Assembly: GCF_963921235.1 (NCBI RefSeq)
Contig: NC_086097.1
Location: 1,798,001-1,862,000 of the forward strand
Length of the DNA stretch: 64,000 nt
Direction of reading: 5' to 3'
From: Mobula hypostoma
Taxonomy: Eukaryota
Shown: piece after piece, positions 50,713 through 64,000 of the stretch
How positions within the stretch are numbered: the first letter of the stretch is position 1
Layout of the letters: every line of letters begins with the position of its first letter
Position numbers and translations under genes: made by a program
The notes under the pieces: generated by a model
The model's database searches: none
Seen by the model: the letters and a program-made list of their open reading frames with translations, nothing else
Told to the model about the DNA's origin: nothing

Positions 50713-52845
50713 CATATTTCTCATCATATTTCCCCTCAGTCTTCTGTGCTTCAAGGAATAAAGTCCTAACCTATACAATCTTTCCTTGTTACTCGGGTCC
50801 TCCAGACCTGACAATATCTTTGTAAGTCTTCTCTCTACTCTTTCAACCTTATTTACATCTTTCCTGTATTTAGGTGATTAAAACTGCACACAATACTCCA
50901 AATTAGGCCTCACCAATGTCTTCACAAACAAGGGAAAATCTGCAGATGTTGGAAATCCGAGCAACACATACAAAATGCTGGAGGAGCTCTGCAGGCCAGA
51001 CAGCATCTATCGAAAAGAATACAGTTGACGTTTCAGGCTGAGACCCTTCTTTTCCATAGATGCTGCCTGGCCTGCTGAGTTCTTCTAGCACTTTGTGTGT
51101 GTTATTCACCAATGTCTTAGACAATTTCAACATAACATCCCAATTCCTGTACTCTATACATTGATTTATCAAGGCCAATGTGCCAATAGCTTTCTTTCCA
51201 ACTCTCTATCTGTGATACCACTTTCAATGAATTATGACCTGTATTCCCACATCCCTTTATTTTGCCACACTCTTCAGCACCCTACCGTTCACTGTGTAAG
51301 ACCTACCCTGGCTGGTCCCACCCAAGTGCAAAGCCTTACACTTGTCTGCATTAAATTCCGTCTGCCATTTTTCAGCCCACTTTTCAATCTGGAACAGATC
51401 CTGCTGCAGGTCATGATAGCCTTCTTCATTCTTCAGTACTTCCCCAATCTTGGTGTCAACTGCAAATTTGCTGATCCAGTTAACCACAAACATCTAGCAC
51501 CAGTCTCTGTGGCACACCACTAGTCACAGGCCTCCAGTCTCCTGTCAGAGAAGCAGCCCTCTACTACCACGCTCTGGCATCTCCCATAAAGCCAATGTCT
51601 AATCCATTTTACTATGTACTCCTGAATGCCAAGTGACCGTCTCAACTATCCTCCCATGCGGGACCTTGTCAACATCCACTGCATAGCTTCATCAACTTTC
51701 CTGGTAACTTTCTCGAAAATAGATTGTTAGACATGACCTATCATGCACAAAGCCATGCTTACTATCTCTAATCAGTCCCTATCTATCCAAATTCTCATAC
51801 ATTCGGTCCCTTCGAATACCTTCCAATAACCTTCCCACAACTGATGTCAGACTCATCAGCCAAAAATTTCCTAGTTTACATTTACAGCCTTTTTGGGCAA
51901 AGTTGGTTATCCTCCAATTCTTTGGTACCTCTCCTGTCACCAAGGATGATTTAAATTTCTCTGCTTGGGCCCTGGCAATTTCTACACTTGCCTCCCATAA
52001 GATCAGAGGGAACACCTTATCAGGCTCTGGGGATTTATCCACTCTGATTTACCTCCGGGTAGCAAACTCTCCTCCTCTGTAATCTGTACAGGCTCCGTGA
52101 AGTTGATGCTACTTTGCCTCACCTCTATAGACTCTGTATCCATCTCCCGAGTAAATACAGGTGCAAAGAATTCATTTTCAAGGTGCAAGATCTCTCCCAT
52201 CTGTTTTGGCTCCTTACATACATTATCATTCTGATCTTCTGGAGGACCAATTTTCTGCCTTGTAATCCTTTAATCTCAACATACCTGCAGAATCCCTTTG
52301 GATTCTCCTTCACCTTGTCTGCTAGGCAACTTCGTGCCTTCTTTTAGCCCTCCTGGTTTCTTTCTTGAGTTCTCTTGCATTTCTTGTACTCCATAAGCAC
52401 CTCATTTGTTCCTTCCTGCCTGTACTGGCTATGCACCTCCATTTTCTTCTTAACCAGGACCTCAATATTTCTCAAAAACCAAGGTTCCCCACACCTGTTA
52501 TGCTTGTTTTTTGTTCTGACAGGCATATTCAAGCTTTGTACTCTCAAAATTTCACTTTTGAAGGCCTCCTTCTTACCAAGCAGGCCTTTGCCAGAAAACA
52601 GCCTGTCCCAATCTATTTGCCAGATCCTTTCTGATACCATCAAAATTGGCCTTTCTCCAGATTAGAATCTCAACCCGTCGACCAGATCCATCTTTTTCCA
52701 TACAGTATTTACTCTGAATCTATGGCACAGTGATCATTGGATGCAAAGTGTTCCCCTACATAAACTTCTGTCACCTGCCCTGTCTCATTGTCCAATCGCA
52801 GATCAAGTATTGCACGCTCTCTCATTGGGACTTCTATGTACTGAT
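50713..52845 (-). mobile_element. CR1 LINE ORF2 fragments, decayed
   Basis: SKFAVDTK, WAEKWQTEFN, DKSPEPD, KENPKGF. Confidence 0.85.
50923..51105. mobile_element. 183-bp hairpin Penelope-derived insertion, 13-bp TSD
   Basis: Inverted arms 50963-51018 / 51048-51103; TSD tcaccaatgtctt at 50910-50922 and 51106-51118. Confidence 0.85.
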
Positions 52846-53346
52846 TAATTTCAAAATTCAAAGTAAAATTTACTATCAGAGTACATACATGTCACCACAT
52901 ACAACCTTGAGATTCTTTTTCTGCGGGCATCCTTAGCAAATCTATAGAACAGTAACTGTAAACAGGATCTGTAAATTGTAAACATCAGGAACTGTAAACT
53001 GTAAACAAACTGTGCAGTGAGAATTTTGGAAAACGGTTAGTTCTTTTAATATACAGTTTATGCTACAAAATACTCCTTAAAAGTTTTTAAGAACTACAAA
53101 TGTATTTTTGGCAAACATGTCCAAATCATATTTCTTTTGTTTTTTTTATTTGTTTTTTTTTATTTGATCCTTTTCAGATATATACTGGATAAAGTTTTTA
53201 GGAACACAGACTACTAGTACTTTACTAAAGTGATTATACCTTTAAATTTCACAACGTATGCCGGTAATAATAAACCTGATTCTGATCAGGCACTTGCTAA
53301 GTGATTACTTTTACAGGTTAATTAGCACCGAGAAATCCAACAAAAA

Positions 53347-53463
53347 CATCCTGAAGAAGGGTCTCAGCCCGAAATGTTCCATTAATGCTGCCTGACCTGC
53401 AGAGTTCCTCCAGCATGTGTGTGTTGCTTTGGACTTCCAGCATCTGCAAAATTTCTCATGTTT
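53347..53463 (+). mobile_element. Penelope tail fragment with degenerate hammerhead
   Basis: ctgaaga-agggtctcagccc-gaaa-tgtt followed by ...ttccagcatctgca. Confidence 0.65.
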
Positions 53464-53694
53464 AGAATAATCATTGTTCATGCTCAAATTCATTCCACAA
53501 ACAAACAACAGCAATCAGGAAGAGCAATTCTGAATGTTTTTTTTTAATTTTTAGGCCAGCAATGGTCAAACTCCAAATTCTGCCAAGACTATGTTGACCC
53601 AAGGATCATCCTTGTGTACATTGTGAACAGCAGACAATGATACAGGGCTTGCTACAGAAACATGGATCGAAACACAAATCTATCTGTACTAGCA

Positions 53695-55065
53695 TCAAAG
53701 TTCAAAGTAAAATTTATTATCAGAGTACATACATGTCACCATATACAACCCTAAGATTCTTTTTCTGCAGGCATACTTAGCAAATCTATAGACTGTAACT
53801 GTAAACAGGATCTGTAATCTGTAAACATCAGGAACTGTAAACTGAAAAAGCTGTGCCAACACAGATATAAATAAATAGCAATAAATAACGAGCGTGAAAT
53901 AACAAGACACAAGAGTCCTTAAATGAGTATAGCTATCCCTTTTCTTAAAGAGCTTGATGGTTGAGGGGTTGGTTGTAACTGTTAGGGAACCTGTTGGTGT
54001 GAGTCCTGAGGCAGTTGTACCTTCTACCTGATGGCAGCAGTGAGAAAAGACCATGGCCTCGATGGCGAGGATCTTTGATGATGCATGCTGCTTTTCTACG
54101 GCAATGTTTCACATAGATGTGCTCAATGGTTGGGAGGGTTTTACCTATGACGTACTGGGCCGAATCCACTACTTTTGTCGGATTTCCCGCTGAAAGGCAT
54201 TGGTGTTCCCATACCAGGCCATAACGCAGCCAGTCAGCACATTCTCCACACATCTATCAAAGTTTGCCAAGGTTTTTTATTTCATTCCAAATCCCCACAG
54301 ACTCCTGAGGAAGTTGAGGTGCTGTCATGCTTTCTTCACTATTACGTTTATATGATGGGTCCAGGACAGGTCCTCTGAGATAGTGACATCCAGGAATTTA
54401 AAGTTACTGACCCACTCCATCTCTGATCCTCTGATGATTACTGGTTCACGGACCTCTGATTTCCCTCTCCTGAAGTCTACAATCAGTTCCTTGGTCTTAC
54501 TGACATTGAGCTGTTGTTATTACACCACTCAGCCAAGTTTTCAATCTCCCTCCTGTTTGCCGATTCATCACACCACAACAGTGGTGTCATCGGCAAACTT
54601 GAATATGACATTGGAGCTTGCTTAGCCACACGGTCATTAAGTGTAAAGTGACGGGACTAGGTACACAGCCCTGTGGTGCACCCGTGCTGATGGAGACTGT
54701 GGAGGAGGTGTTTTTGCCGATCCGAACAAACAAGGATCTGCAAGTGAGGAAATCCAGGATCCAATAGCACAAAGAGGTGTTGAGGCCCAGGTCTTGGAGT
54801 TTACTGATTAGTTTTGAGGGATGATGGTATTAAATGCTGATCTGTAAATGGTAAAGAGCATCCTGACGTATGCATCTTTGCTGTCCAGATGTTCCAGGGT
54901 TGTGTGAAAAGTCAATGAGATGGCATCTGTTGTGGATCTGTTGCTTCAGTAGGCAAAATGGAGCAGATCCAAGTTGCCACTCAGTAAGAAGCTGATATAC
55001 TTCAATACCAACCTCTCAGAACACTTCATCACTGTGGATGTAAGTGCCAATGGGCGATAGTCATC
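53695..55065 (-). mobile_element. Rex1-type LINE RT/3' end (its 3' UTR also occurs at ~52850-53015)
   Basis: [31 protein letters not shown]. Confidence 0.85.
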
Positions 55066-55619
55066 TCCTGCAACATGGTCTCACTAATGGCTACAATATT
55101 ATAATTCTATGTGTTGATCCATGCCCTGAGTTCATCTGCCTTTCCTACGATACTTTTTGCATTGAAATATACACAGCTCAGGAAATTAGTCACACCATGC
55201 TCAACCTTTTGATTTCTGACTTTGACAAAGGTTTCACCAACATCTGTCTCCACAACTTCTCCACTAACTGTTCTAGCACTCTGGTTCCTATCCCCCTGCA
55301 ACTCGAGTTTAATATTCAATAGATTTCAGTGAGCTCCCCCTTGTTTCTTTTAAACTCCAGTAAGTACAAGCTCAGAACTATCAAATGCTTCTCATACGTT
55401 AACCCTTCCTTTCCTGCAATCATTCTTGTGAACCTCCTCTGGACTCTCTCCAATGCCAGCATATCTTTTCTTAGAAAAGGGGCCAAAACTGCTCACAATA
55501 CTCCAAGTGCAGTCTGACCAATGAGTTATAAAGCCTCCGTTTTAGATAGATAGATAGATAGATAGATACTTTAGATGCAGTCTGAGCAATGCCCTATAAA
55601 GCCTCCGTTTTAGAAAGAT

Positions 55620-56100
55620 AGATACTTTATTGATCCCAAAGGAAATTACAGTGTCATGCTAGCCTTCCAAATGCACAGATATACAAACAGAAGAGAAGTA
55701 AGAAAGAATAAAAATTAACTTACCACAAACAGTCTAACAGGAGGAGGTCATCACTTTTCCGGCTATAGGTTGACTCATTATAGAGCTGAATGGCCAAGGG
55801 CAAGAATGACCTCATATGGCACTCTTCGGGACAGCACAGTTGTCTTAGTCTATTACTAAAAGTGCTCCTCTGCTCAGCCAAGGTGGATGCAGAGGGTGAG
55901 AAACATTGTCCAGAATTGCCAGGATTTTCCATAAGGTCCTTTGTTCTACCAGTCTCCAAAGTGTCCAGTTTGACTCCTGTAACAGAGCCAGCCTTTCTAA
56001 TCTGTTTATTGAGCCTGTTGGCATCACCTCTGTTGATGCCACTGCCCCAGCACATCACTGCATAGAAGATTGTACTGGCAACAACAGACTAAGAGAACAT
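55620..56100 (-). mobile_element. Rex1-type LINE 3' end next to (GATA)n
   Basis: CWGSGI..NRLNKQIRKAGSV..RSFLPLAIQLYN, as in 49286-50506. Confidence 0.8.
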
Positions 56101-56244
56101 GTTATATCCTTGCTCTTATACTCTAGTCCTCTCGAAATGAACACTAACCATACTCACCGACTCAGCCTGCAAGTTAACCTTTATGGAATCCTGCACAAGG
56201 ATTCCCAAATCCCTTTTCAATGCTGATTTTTGAATTTTTTTCCA

Positions 56245-57272
56245 TAGAACCATAGAACACTACAGCACAGAAAACAGGCCATTCGGCCCTTCTAGTCTGC
56301 ATTGAAACTTTATTCCACTAGTCCCATTGGCCTGCATCCAGTCCATAACCCTCCAGACCTCTCCCATCCATGTATCTATCCAATTTATTCTTAAAACTTA
56401 AGAGTGAGCCTGCATTTACCACATCAGATGGCAGCTCGTTCCACACTCCCACCACTCTCTGAGTGAAGAAGTTCCCCCTAAAACTTTCCCCTTTCACCCT
56501 AAAGCCATGTCGTCTCGTATTTATCTCTCCTAATCTAAGTGGAAAGAGCCTACTCGCATTTACTCTGTCTATGCTCCTCATCATTTTGTAAACCTCTATC
56601 AAATCTTCCCTCATTCTTCTACACTCCAAGGAATAAAGTCCTAACCTGTTCAATCTTTCCCTGCAACTCAACTCCTGGAGATCCAGCAACATCCTAGTAA
56701 ATCTCCTCTGCACTCTTTCAATCTTACTGATATCCTTCCTATAGTTAGGTGACCAGAACTGCACATAATACTCCAAATTTGGCCTCACCAATGTCTTATA
56801 CAACCTCACCATAATATCCCAACTCCTATACTCAATACTTTGATTTATGAATGCCAGGATACCAAAAGCCTTCTTTACAACCCTGTCTACCTGTGACGCC
56901 ACTTTCAGGGAATTATGTATCTGATCTCCCAGATCCCTTTGTTCCTCCACACTCCTCAGTGCCCTAGCATTTACTGTGTATGTCCTACCTTGATTTGTCC
57001 TTCCAAAATGCAACACCTCACACTTGTCTGCATTAAATTCCATCTGCCATTTTCTGGCCCATTTTTCCAGTTTGTCCAGATCCCTCTGCAAGCTTTGAAA
57101 GCCTTCCTTGGTGTCTACAACGCCTCCCATCTTAGTGTCATCAGCAAATTTGCTGATCCAATTTACCGCATTATTATCTAGATCATTGATATAGACAACA
57201 AACAACAATGGTCCCAGCACAGATCCCTGAGGCACACCACTACTCTCAGGCCTCCAGTCTGAGAAGCAATCA
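56245..57272 (-). mobile_element. Young 5'-truncated CR1
   Basis: Uninterrupted 305-aa ORF 56318-57235 (PQGSVLGP, KFADD); short-repeat tail (catagaac)n. Confidence 0.93.
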
Positions 57273-57650
57273 TCCCTTTAGAAAATAGTCTCCACCTTTA
57301 TTCCTTCCACCAAAGGTCATGAGCATACACTTCCCTACTCTATATTCCAACTGTCACTTCTTTGCCCATTCTGCTAATATTTTTAAGTCCTTCTGCAGTC
57401 TCTTTGCTTTCTCAACACTACCTGCCCCTCCATTTAACTTCATATTGTCTGTAAACTTGGCCACAAAGCCATCAGTTTCTTCACCCTGAACTACCCTGGT
57501 CCTTCACCCTGAACTACCCTGGTTCTCTTCCCTCTATACTCTTATTGCTGTGGCAGGTTTTCTACCTGAAACACTGACCATTCCTCTCCCTGCACAGATA
57601 CCGCACTGAGGAACTTTCATTCAGTCTGCTTGTGACCGTCCCTGTAACTA

Positions 57651-57667
57651 GCACTGCCCTCTGGTGT
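57651..57667 (-). promoter_or_regulatory. Candidate CTCF site
   Basis: Minus strand acaccagagggcagtgc vs the CTCF core CCASYAGRKGGCRS (one mismatch), in a non-TE gap. Confidence 0.4.
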
Positions 57668-57769
57668 TTGAAGCAGCAATAGCAGTTCCCTGTCTGTCCT
57701 CCCCTCTCACTCATCTCTCTCCCCCTCTCTCACTCCGCCCCCCCCACCGCCCCCACTGTCTCTCTTCAG

Positions 57770-60700
57770 AATTAGAACCAGGTTTATTATCACCAGCATG
57801 TGCCATGAAATTTGTTAACTTAGCAGCATTTCAATGCAATACATAATATAAAAAAATAAAAATAAATAAATAAGTAAACCAATTACAGTATACATATATT
57901 AAAGAAATTAAAAATTGTGCAAACGAACAGAAATAACATATATTAAAAAAATGAGGTAGTGTCCAAAGATTCAATGTCCATTTAGGAATGGGATGGCAGA
58001 GGGGAAGAAGCTGTTCCTGAATCGCTGAGTGTGTGCCTTCAGGCTTCTGTATCTCCTACCTGATGGAAACAGTGAGAAAAGGGCATGTCCTGGGTGCTGG
58101 AGGTCCTTAATAATGGACGCTGCCTTTCTGAGACACCGCTCCTTGAAGGTGTCCTCTGTAGGCTCGTACCCAAGATGGAGCTGACTAAATTTATGACCCT
58201 CTGCAGCTTCTTTCGGTCCTGTGCAGTAGCCCCTCCATACCAGACAGTGATGCAGCCTGTCAGAATGCTCTCCACGGTACGACTACAGAAATTTTTGAGT
58301 GTTTTTGTTGACATACCAAATCTCTTCAAACTCCTAATGAAGTCTAGTCACTGTCTTGCCTTCTTTAGAATTGCTTCGATATGTTGGGACCAGGTTAGGT
58401 CCTCAGAGATCTTGACACCCAGGAACTTGAAACTGCTCACTCTCTCCACTTCTGATCCCTCTATGAGGATTGGTATGTGTTCCTTCGTCTTACCCTTCCT
58501 GATGTCCACAATCAGCTCTTTCATCTTACTGACATTGAGTGCCAGGTTGTTGCTGTGACACCACTCCACTAGTTGGCATATCTCACTCCTGTACACCCTC
58601 TTGTCACCACCTGAGATTCTACCAACAATAGCTGTATCATCAGCAAATTTATAGATGGTATTTGAGCTATGCCTAGCCACACAGTGATGGGTATAGAGAG
58701 AGTCGTGCAGTGGGCTAAGCACACACCCCTGAGGTGCACCAGTGTTGATCATCAGCAAGGAGGAGATGTTATCCATACAGATATACAGATTATAGTCTTC
58801 TGGTTAGGAAGTCGAGGATCCAATTCCAGAGGGAGATACAGAGGCCCTTCTCAATCAGGATTGTGGGAATGATGGTGTTAAATGCTGAGCTATAGTCGAT
58901 GAACTGCATCCTGACTTAGGTGCTTGTGTTGTCCAGGTGGTCTAAGGCTGTGTGAAGAGCCATTGAGATTGTGTCTGCCGTTGACCTATTGTGATAAGAG
59001 GCAAATTGCAGTGGGTCCAGGACTTGCTGAGGCAGGAGTTCAGACTAGTCATGACCAACCTCTCGAAGCATTTCATCACTGTAGATGTGAGTGCTACCAG
59101 GCGATAGTCATTAAGGAAGCTCACATTACTCTTCTTAGGCACTGGTATAATTGTTGCCTTTTTGAAGCAAGTGGGACCTTCCAACCGTAGCAGTGCGAGT
59201 TTGAAAATGTCTTTGAATACTCCCGCTAGTTGGTTGGCACTGGTTTTCAGAGCCTTACTAGGTACTCCATCGGGACTTTACGCCTTGTGAAGGTTCACTC
59301 TATTTAAAGACAGTCTAACATCGGCCTCTGAGACAGAGATCACAGGGTCATCAGGTGCAGCAGGAATCTTCACAGCTGTAGTTGTGTTCTCCCTTTCAAA
59401 GCATGCATAGAAGGCATTGAGTTCATCTGGTTGTGAAGCATCGCTGCCATTCATGCTGTTGGGTTTCACTTTGTAGGAAGTAATGTCTTGCAAACCCTGC
59501 CAGAGTTGTCGTATAACTGATATTGCCTCCAACCTTGTTCAAAATTGTCTCTTCGCCCTCGACTTTTTAAGAAAGGAGTGAGAGAGAAAGCAGGCAATTA
59601 TCGACCAGTTACTCTGACATCAGTGGTGGGGAAGATGCTGGAGTCAATTATAAAGGATGAAATAGCGGCACATTTGGATAGCAGTAACAGGATCGGTCCA
59701 AGTCAGCATGGATTTACGAAGGGGAGATCATGCTTGACTAATCTTCTGGAATTTTTTGAGGATGTAACTATGAAAATGGACATGGGAAAGCCAGTGGATG
59801 TAGTGTACCTGGACTTTCAGAAAGCCTTTGATAAGGTCCCACATAGGAGATTAGTGGGCAAAATTAGAGCACATGGTATTGGGGGTAGGGTACTGACATG
59901 GATAGAAAATTGGCTGGCAGACAGGAAACTAAGAGTAGGGATTAACAGGTCCTTTTCAGAATGGCAGGCAGTGACTAGTGGGGTACCGCAAGACTCGGTG
60001 CTGGGACCACAGCTATTTACAATATATATTAATGATTTAGATGAAGGGATTAAAAGTAACATTAGCAAATTTGCAAATGACACAAAGCTGGGTGACAGTG
60101 TGAAATGTGAGGAGGATGTTATGAGAATGCAGGGTGACTTGGACAGGCTGGGTGAATGGGCAGATGCAGTTTAATGTGGATAAATGTGAGGTTATCCACT
60201 TTGGTGGCAAGAACAGGAAGGCAGATGACTATCAGAATGGTGTCAAGTTAGGAAAAGGGGAAGTACAACGAGATCTAGGTGTCCTTGTTCATCAGTCACT
60301 GAAAGTAAGCATACAGGTACAGCAGGCAGTGAAGAAAGCTAATGGCATGTTGGCCTTCATAACAAGGGGAGTTGAGTATAGGAGCAAAGAGGTCCTTCTG
60401 CAGTTGTACAAGGCCCTGGTGAGACCACACCTGGAGTATTGTGCGCAGTTTTGGTCTCCAAATTTGAGGGAGGACATTCTTGCTACGGAGGGAGTGCAGC
60501 GTAGGTTCACTGGGTTAATTCCAGGGATGGCGGGAATGTCATATGTTGAAAGATTGGAGTGACTGGGCTTGTATACGCTGGAATTTAGAAGGATGACAGG
60601 GGATTAAAACATATAAGATTATTAAGGGATTGGACATGCTAGAGGCGGGAAACATGTTCCTGATGTTGGGGGAGTCCAGAACCAGAGGCCACAATTTAAG

Positions 60701-61745
60701 AATAAGGGGTAGACCATTTAGAATGGAGTTGAGGAAAAACTTTTTCACACAGAGGGTTGTGGAGCTGTGGAATGCTCTGCCTCAGAAGGCCAATTCTCCG
60801 AATTCTATCAAGAAAGAGTTAGATAGAGCTCTTAAAGATAGTGGAGTCAAGGGATATGGGGAGAAGGCAGGAACAGGGTACTGATTGTGGATGATCAGCC
60901 ATGATCACAGTGAATGGCGGTGCTGGCTTGAAGGGCTGAATGGCCTACTCCTTCACCTATTGTCTATTGTCTATTGAAATAGCCCTCCGCAAATCATACC
61001 TGGTTTTCTGGTACAGGCCTGGGTCGCAAGACTTGAATACCACAGATCTAGCCTTCAGTCGGTGACGTAACTCCTGGTTCATCCATGGCATTTGGTTTGG
61101 GAATGTACAGCAAGTCTTTGTAGGCACCGACTCATCCACACAGGTTTTAATGAAGTCGGTGACAACTGCAGCATACTCATCCAGGTTCGAAGATGAATCC
61201 CTGAATACAGTCCAGTCTACTGATTCAAAGCAGTCCTGTAGGCGCTCCTGTTTTTCCCTTGTCCATACCTCTTGGTCCTCACTACTGCTGCTGCAGTCTT
61301 CAGTCTCTGCCTATACTCAGGATGTAGAAGTACAGCCAGGTGATCAGACTTCCCTAAGTGAGGGCGTGGAATAGTACAGTAGGTGGTTTTGATGGTGGTG
61401 TAGCGATGGTCCAGTGTGTTGTTTCCTCTGGTATTGCAAGTGATCTGTTGATGGTAATTGCTTAGTGATTTTTTCAGACTGGCCTGGTTAAAATCTCCCA
61501 AAACGATAGTGAAGGTGTTAGGGTGCACTGTTTTGTGCATGTTGATCCCATTGCTCAGATCATCTAAAGTCTGATTGACTTTGGCCTGAGGTGGAATGTT
61601 TACTGCCACCAAAATGTTCCCAGAAATCTCCCGTGGCAGGTAAAATGGACGGCATTTAACTGCAAGATATTCCAGTTCTGGTGAGCAGTATTGGGACAGC
61701 ACTGATATATTTGTGCATCAAGAATAGTTGATCATAGGGCATACT
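57770..61745 (-). mobile_element. Rex1/Babar LINE (APE-RT-3' UTR) split by a CR1
   Basis: APE ORF 61217-61702 and RT ORFs 58039-59532; ...RYDLRRAIS|RAKRQF rejoins across 59561-60974. Confidence 0.9.
59562..60974 (+). mobile_element. 5'-truncated CR1 nested in Rex1
   Basis: RT ORFs 59545-60884; (ctattgt)n tail. Confidence 0.92.
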
Positions 61746-61879
61746 CCTCCACCCCTGCTTTTGAGAGATCTATCTATCTCTTTCTCTCCCTCTCCCTCAT
61801 TTGTTCCCCTCCACTTCCATTCATCCACCCTCCCACACATTCTCTCTCTCTCTCTCTCTCTAGTGCCTCTGGTTTCTGA

Positions 61880-62340
61880 GGAGCTTGAAGAGAGTTTGAT
61901 TATGCACATCTATAACCATGTCCTTCTGCAGATGTGCAGTAGACAGCATCCTAACAAGCTGCATGGAATCTGCAATTGTGGTGGACTGGGAGACTCTACA
62001 ACAGGTAGTCAGAACCGCCCAGCACATCACTGGCACCGGCACCAGCCTACTCACCATCAAGGACACACAAATGTATTGGAACAGGGCCAGTAACATCTTA
62101 AAGGATCCCACCCACCCTGCTTGGACTGTTTGTCCCACTCCCATCAGGGAGGAAACTACATAGCATCCACACCAGGAACAACAGACTCAACAACAGCTAC
62201 TTTCCCCAAGCAGTGAGGCTGATCAACACCTCCACCCAGTAACCCGCCATCACTACTTTATCAATTTCTGTCAGTCACCTTATGCACAGACACTCCTGTG
62301 CTGTGTGTCACTTTATGGACATACAATCAATCTGTGTGTA
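61880..62340 (+). mobile_element. Old Rex1-type 3' fragment
   Basis: CRCAVDSILTSC..LQQVVRTAQHITG..ILKDPTHP. Confidence 0.75.
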
Positions 62341-62406
62341 TTGGCAGTGTTGTTGGTTCTTCCACTTGTAGGTCCTCCCACTGCCAGTGGGCGGTGATAT
62401 TGATCC

Positions 62407-64000
62407 AAACAGTTGAAAATCTGCAGATGCTGAAAATTCAAGCTTCACACATCAAAGTTGCTGGTGAATGCAGCAGGCCAGGCAGCATCTCTAGGAAGAG
62501 GTACAGTCGACGTTTCAGGCCGAGACCCTTCGTCAGGACTAACTGAAGGAAGAGTGAGTAAGAGATTTGAAAGTTGGAGGGGGAGGGGGAGGGGGAGATC
62601 CAAAATGATAGGAGAAGACAGGAGGGGGAGGGATAGAGCCGAGAGCTGGACAGGTGATTGGCAAAAGGGATATGAGAGGATCATGGGACAGGAGGCCCAG
62701 GGACAAGGAAAAGGGGGAGGGGGAAAAACCCAGAGGATGGGCAAAGGTATAGTCAGAGGGACAGAGGGAGAAAAAGGAGAGAGAGAGAAAGAATGTGTGT
62801 ATATAAATAAATAACGGATGGGGTATGAGGGGGAGGTGGGGCATTAGCGGAAGTTAGAGAAGTCAATGTTCATGCCATCAGGTTGGAGGCTACCCAGACG
62901 GAATATAAGGTGTTGTTCCTCTAACCTCAGTGTGGCCTCATCTTTACATTAGAGGAGGACGTGGATAGACATATCAGAATGGGAATGGGATGTGGAATTA
63001 AAATGTGTGGCCACTGGGAGATCCTGCTTTCTCTGGCGGACAGAGCGTAGGTGTTCAGCGAAATCTCCCAGTCTGCGTCGGGTCTCGCCAATATATAGAA
63101 GGCCACATCGGGAGCACCAGATGCAGTATATCACCCCAGCCGACTCACAGGTGAAGTGTCGCCTCACCTGGAAGAACTGTCTGGGGCCCTGAATGGTGGT
63201 GAGGGAGGAAGTGTAAGGGCATGTGTAGCACTTGTTCCGCTTACAAGGATAAGTGCCAGGAGGGAGGTCAGTGGGGAGGGACGGAGGGGGGGGGGAACGA
63301 ATGGACAAGGGAGTCGCGTAGGGAGCGATCCCTGTGGAAAGCAGAGGGGGGGGGAAGGAAAGATATGCCTAGTGGTGGGATCCCGTTGGAGGTGGCGGAA
63401 GTTACTGAGAATTATATGTTGGACCCGGAGGCTGGTGGGGTGGTGGGTGAGGACCAGGGGAACCCTATTCCTCGTGGGGTGGCGGGAGGATGGAGTGAGA
63501 GCAGATGTGCGTGAAATGGGGGAGATGCGTTTGAGAGCAGAGTTGATGGTGGAGGAAGGGAAGCCCCTTTCTTTAAAAAAGGAGGACATCTCCCTCATCC
63601 TGGAATGAAAAGCCTCATCCTGAGAGCAGATGCGGTGGAGACGGAGGAATTGTGAGAAGGGGATGGTATTTTTGCAAGAGACAGGGTGAGAAGAGGAATA
63701 GTCCAGATAGCTGTGAGAGTCAGTAGGCTTATAGTAGACATCAGTGGATAAGCTGTCTCCAGAGATAGAGACAGAAAGATCTAGAAATGGGAGGGAGGTG
63801 TCGGAAATGGACCAGGTAAACTTGAGGGCAGGGTGAAAGTTGGAGGCAAAGTTAATAAAGTCAACGAGCTCAGCATGCGTGCAGGAAGCAGCGCCAATGC
63901 AGTCATCGATGTAGCGAAGGAAAAGTGGGGGACGGATACCAGAATAGGTACGGAACATAGATTGTTCCACAAAGCCAACAAAAAGGCAGGCATAGCTAGG
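62407..64000 (-). mobile_element. Penelope-like element 3' part (RT end, GIY-YIG, pLTR), runs off the window
   Basis: ORFs 63164-63970 (RYIDD) and 62949-63308 (GLLYIGET); close match to ~27900-29426 with frameshifts. Confidence 0.95.
62505..62540 (-). ncRNA. Minimal type I hammerhead ribozyme, intact core
   Basis: Minus strand reads AGTC-CTGACGA-AGG(GTCTCGG)CCT-GAAA-CGTC-GACT. Confidence 0.8.

Overview
This is repeat-saturated vertebrate genomic DNA. The repeat mix (CR1 with SGNH-esterase ORF1, Rex1/Babar LINEs, V-SINE, Neptune-type Penelope) suggests a cartilaginous fish, probably a ray; that assignment is inference. I could not recognise any host protein-coding gene. Most of the window is nested, mostly decayed transposons: many CR1 and Rex1/Babar fragments, a near-intact Penelope-like element (RT + GIY-YIG, 25807-29426) with ~870-bp inverted arms, a 14-bp TSD and hammerhead ribozyme motifs, a full-length Ty3/Gypsy element (LTRs, PBS, PPT, 5-bp TSD), an internally deleted hAT element, a Tc1 fragment and SINEs. 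Non-TE signals are a CpG-rich, RFX/CRE/CCAAT-dense candidate bidirectional promoter at ~17.4 kb, three ~40-bp minisatellites (one amplifying a splice donor) and a few candidate small exons. The most notable items are a size series of TSD-flanked Penelope insertions (3.6 kb and 183 bp with inverted arms, plus a 30-bp fragment), dimer-type minimal hammerheads, and Tc1-type TA-CAG-TA excision footprints inside CR1 ORFs. Boundaries of old LINE fragments are approximate.
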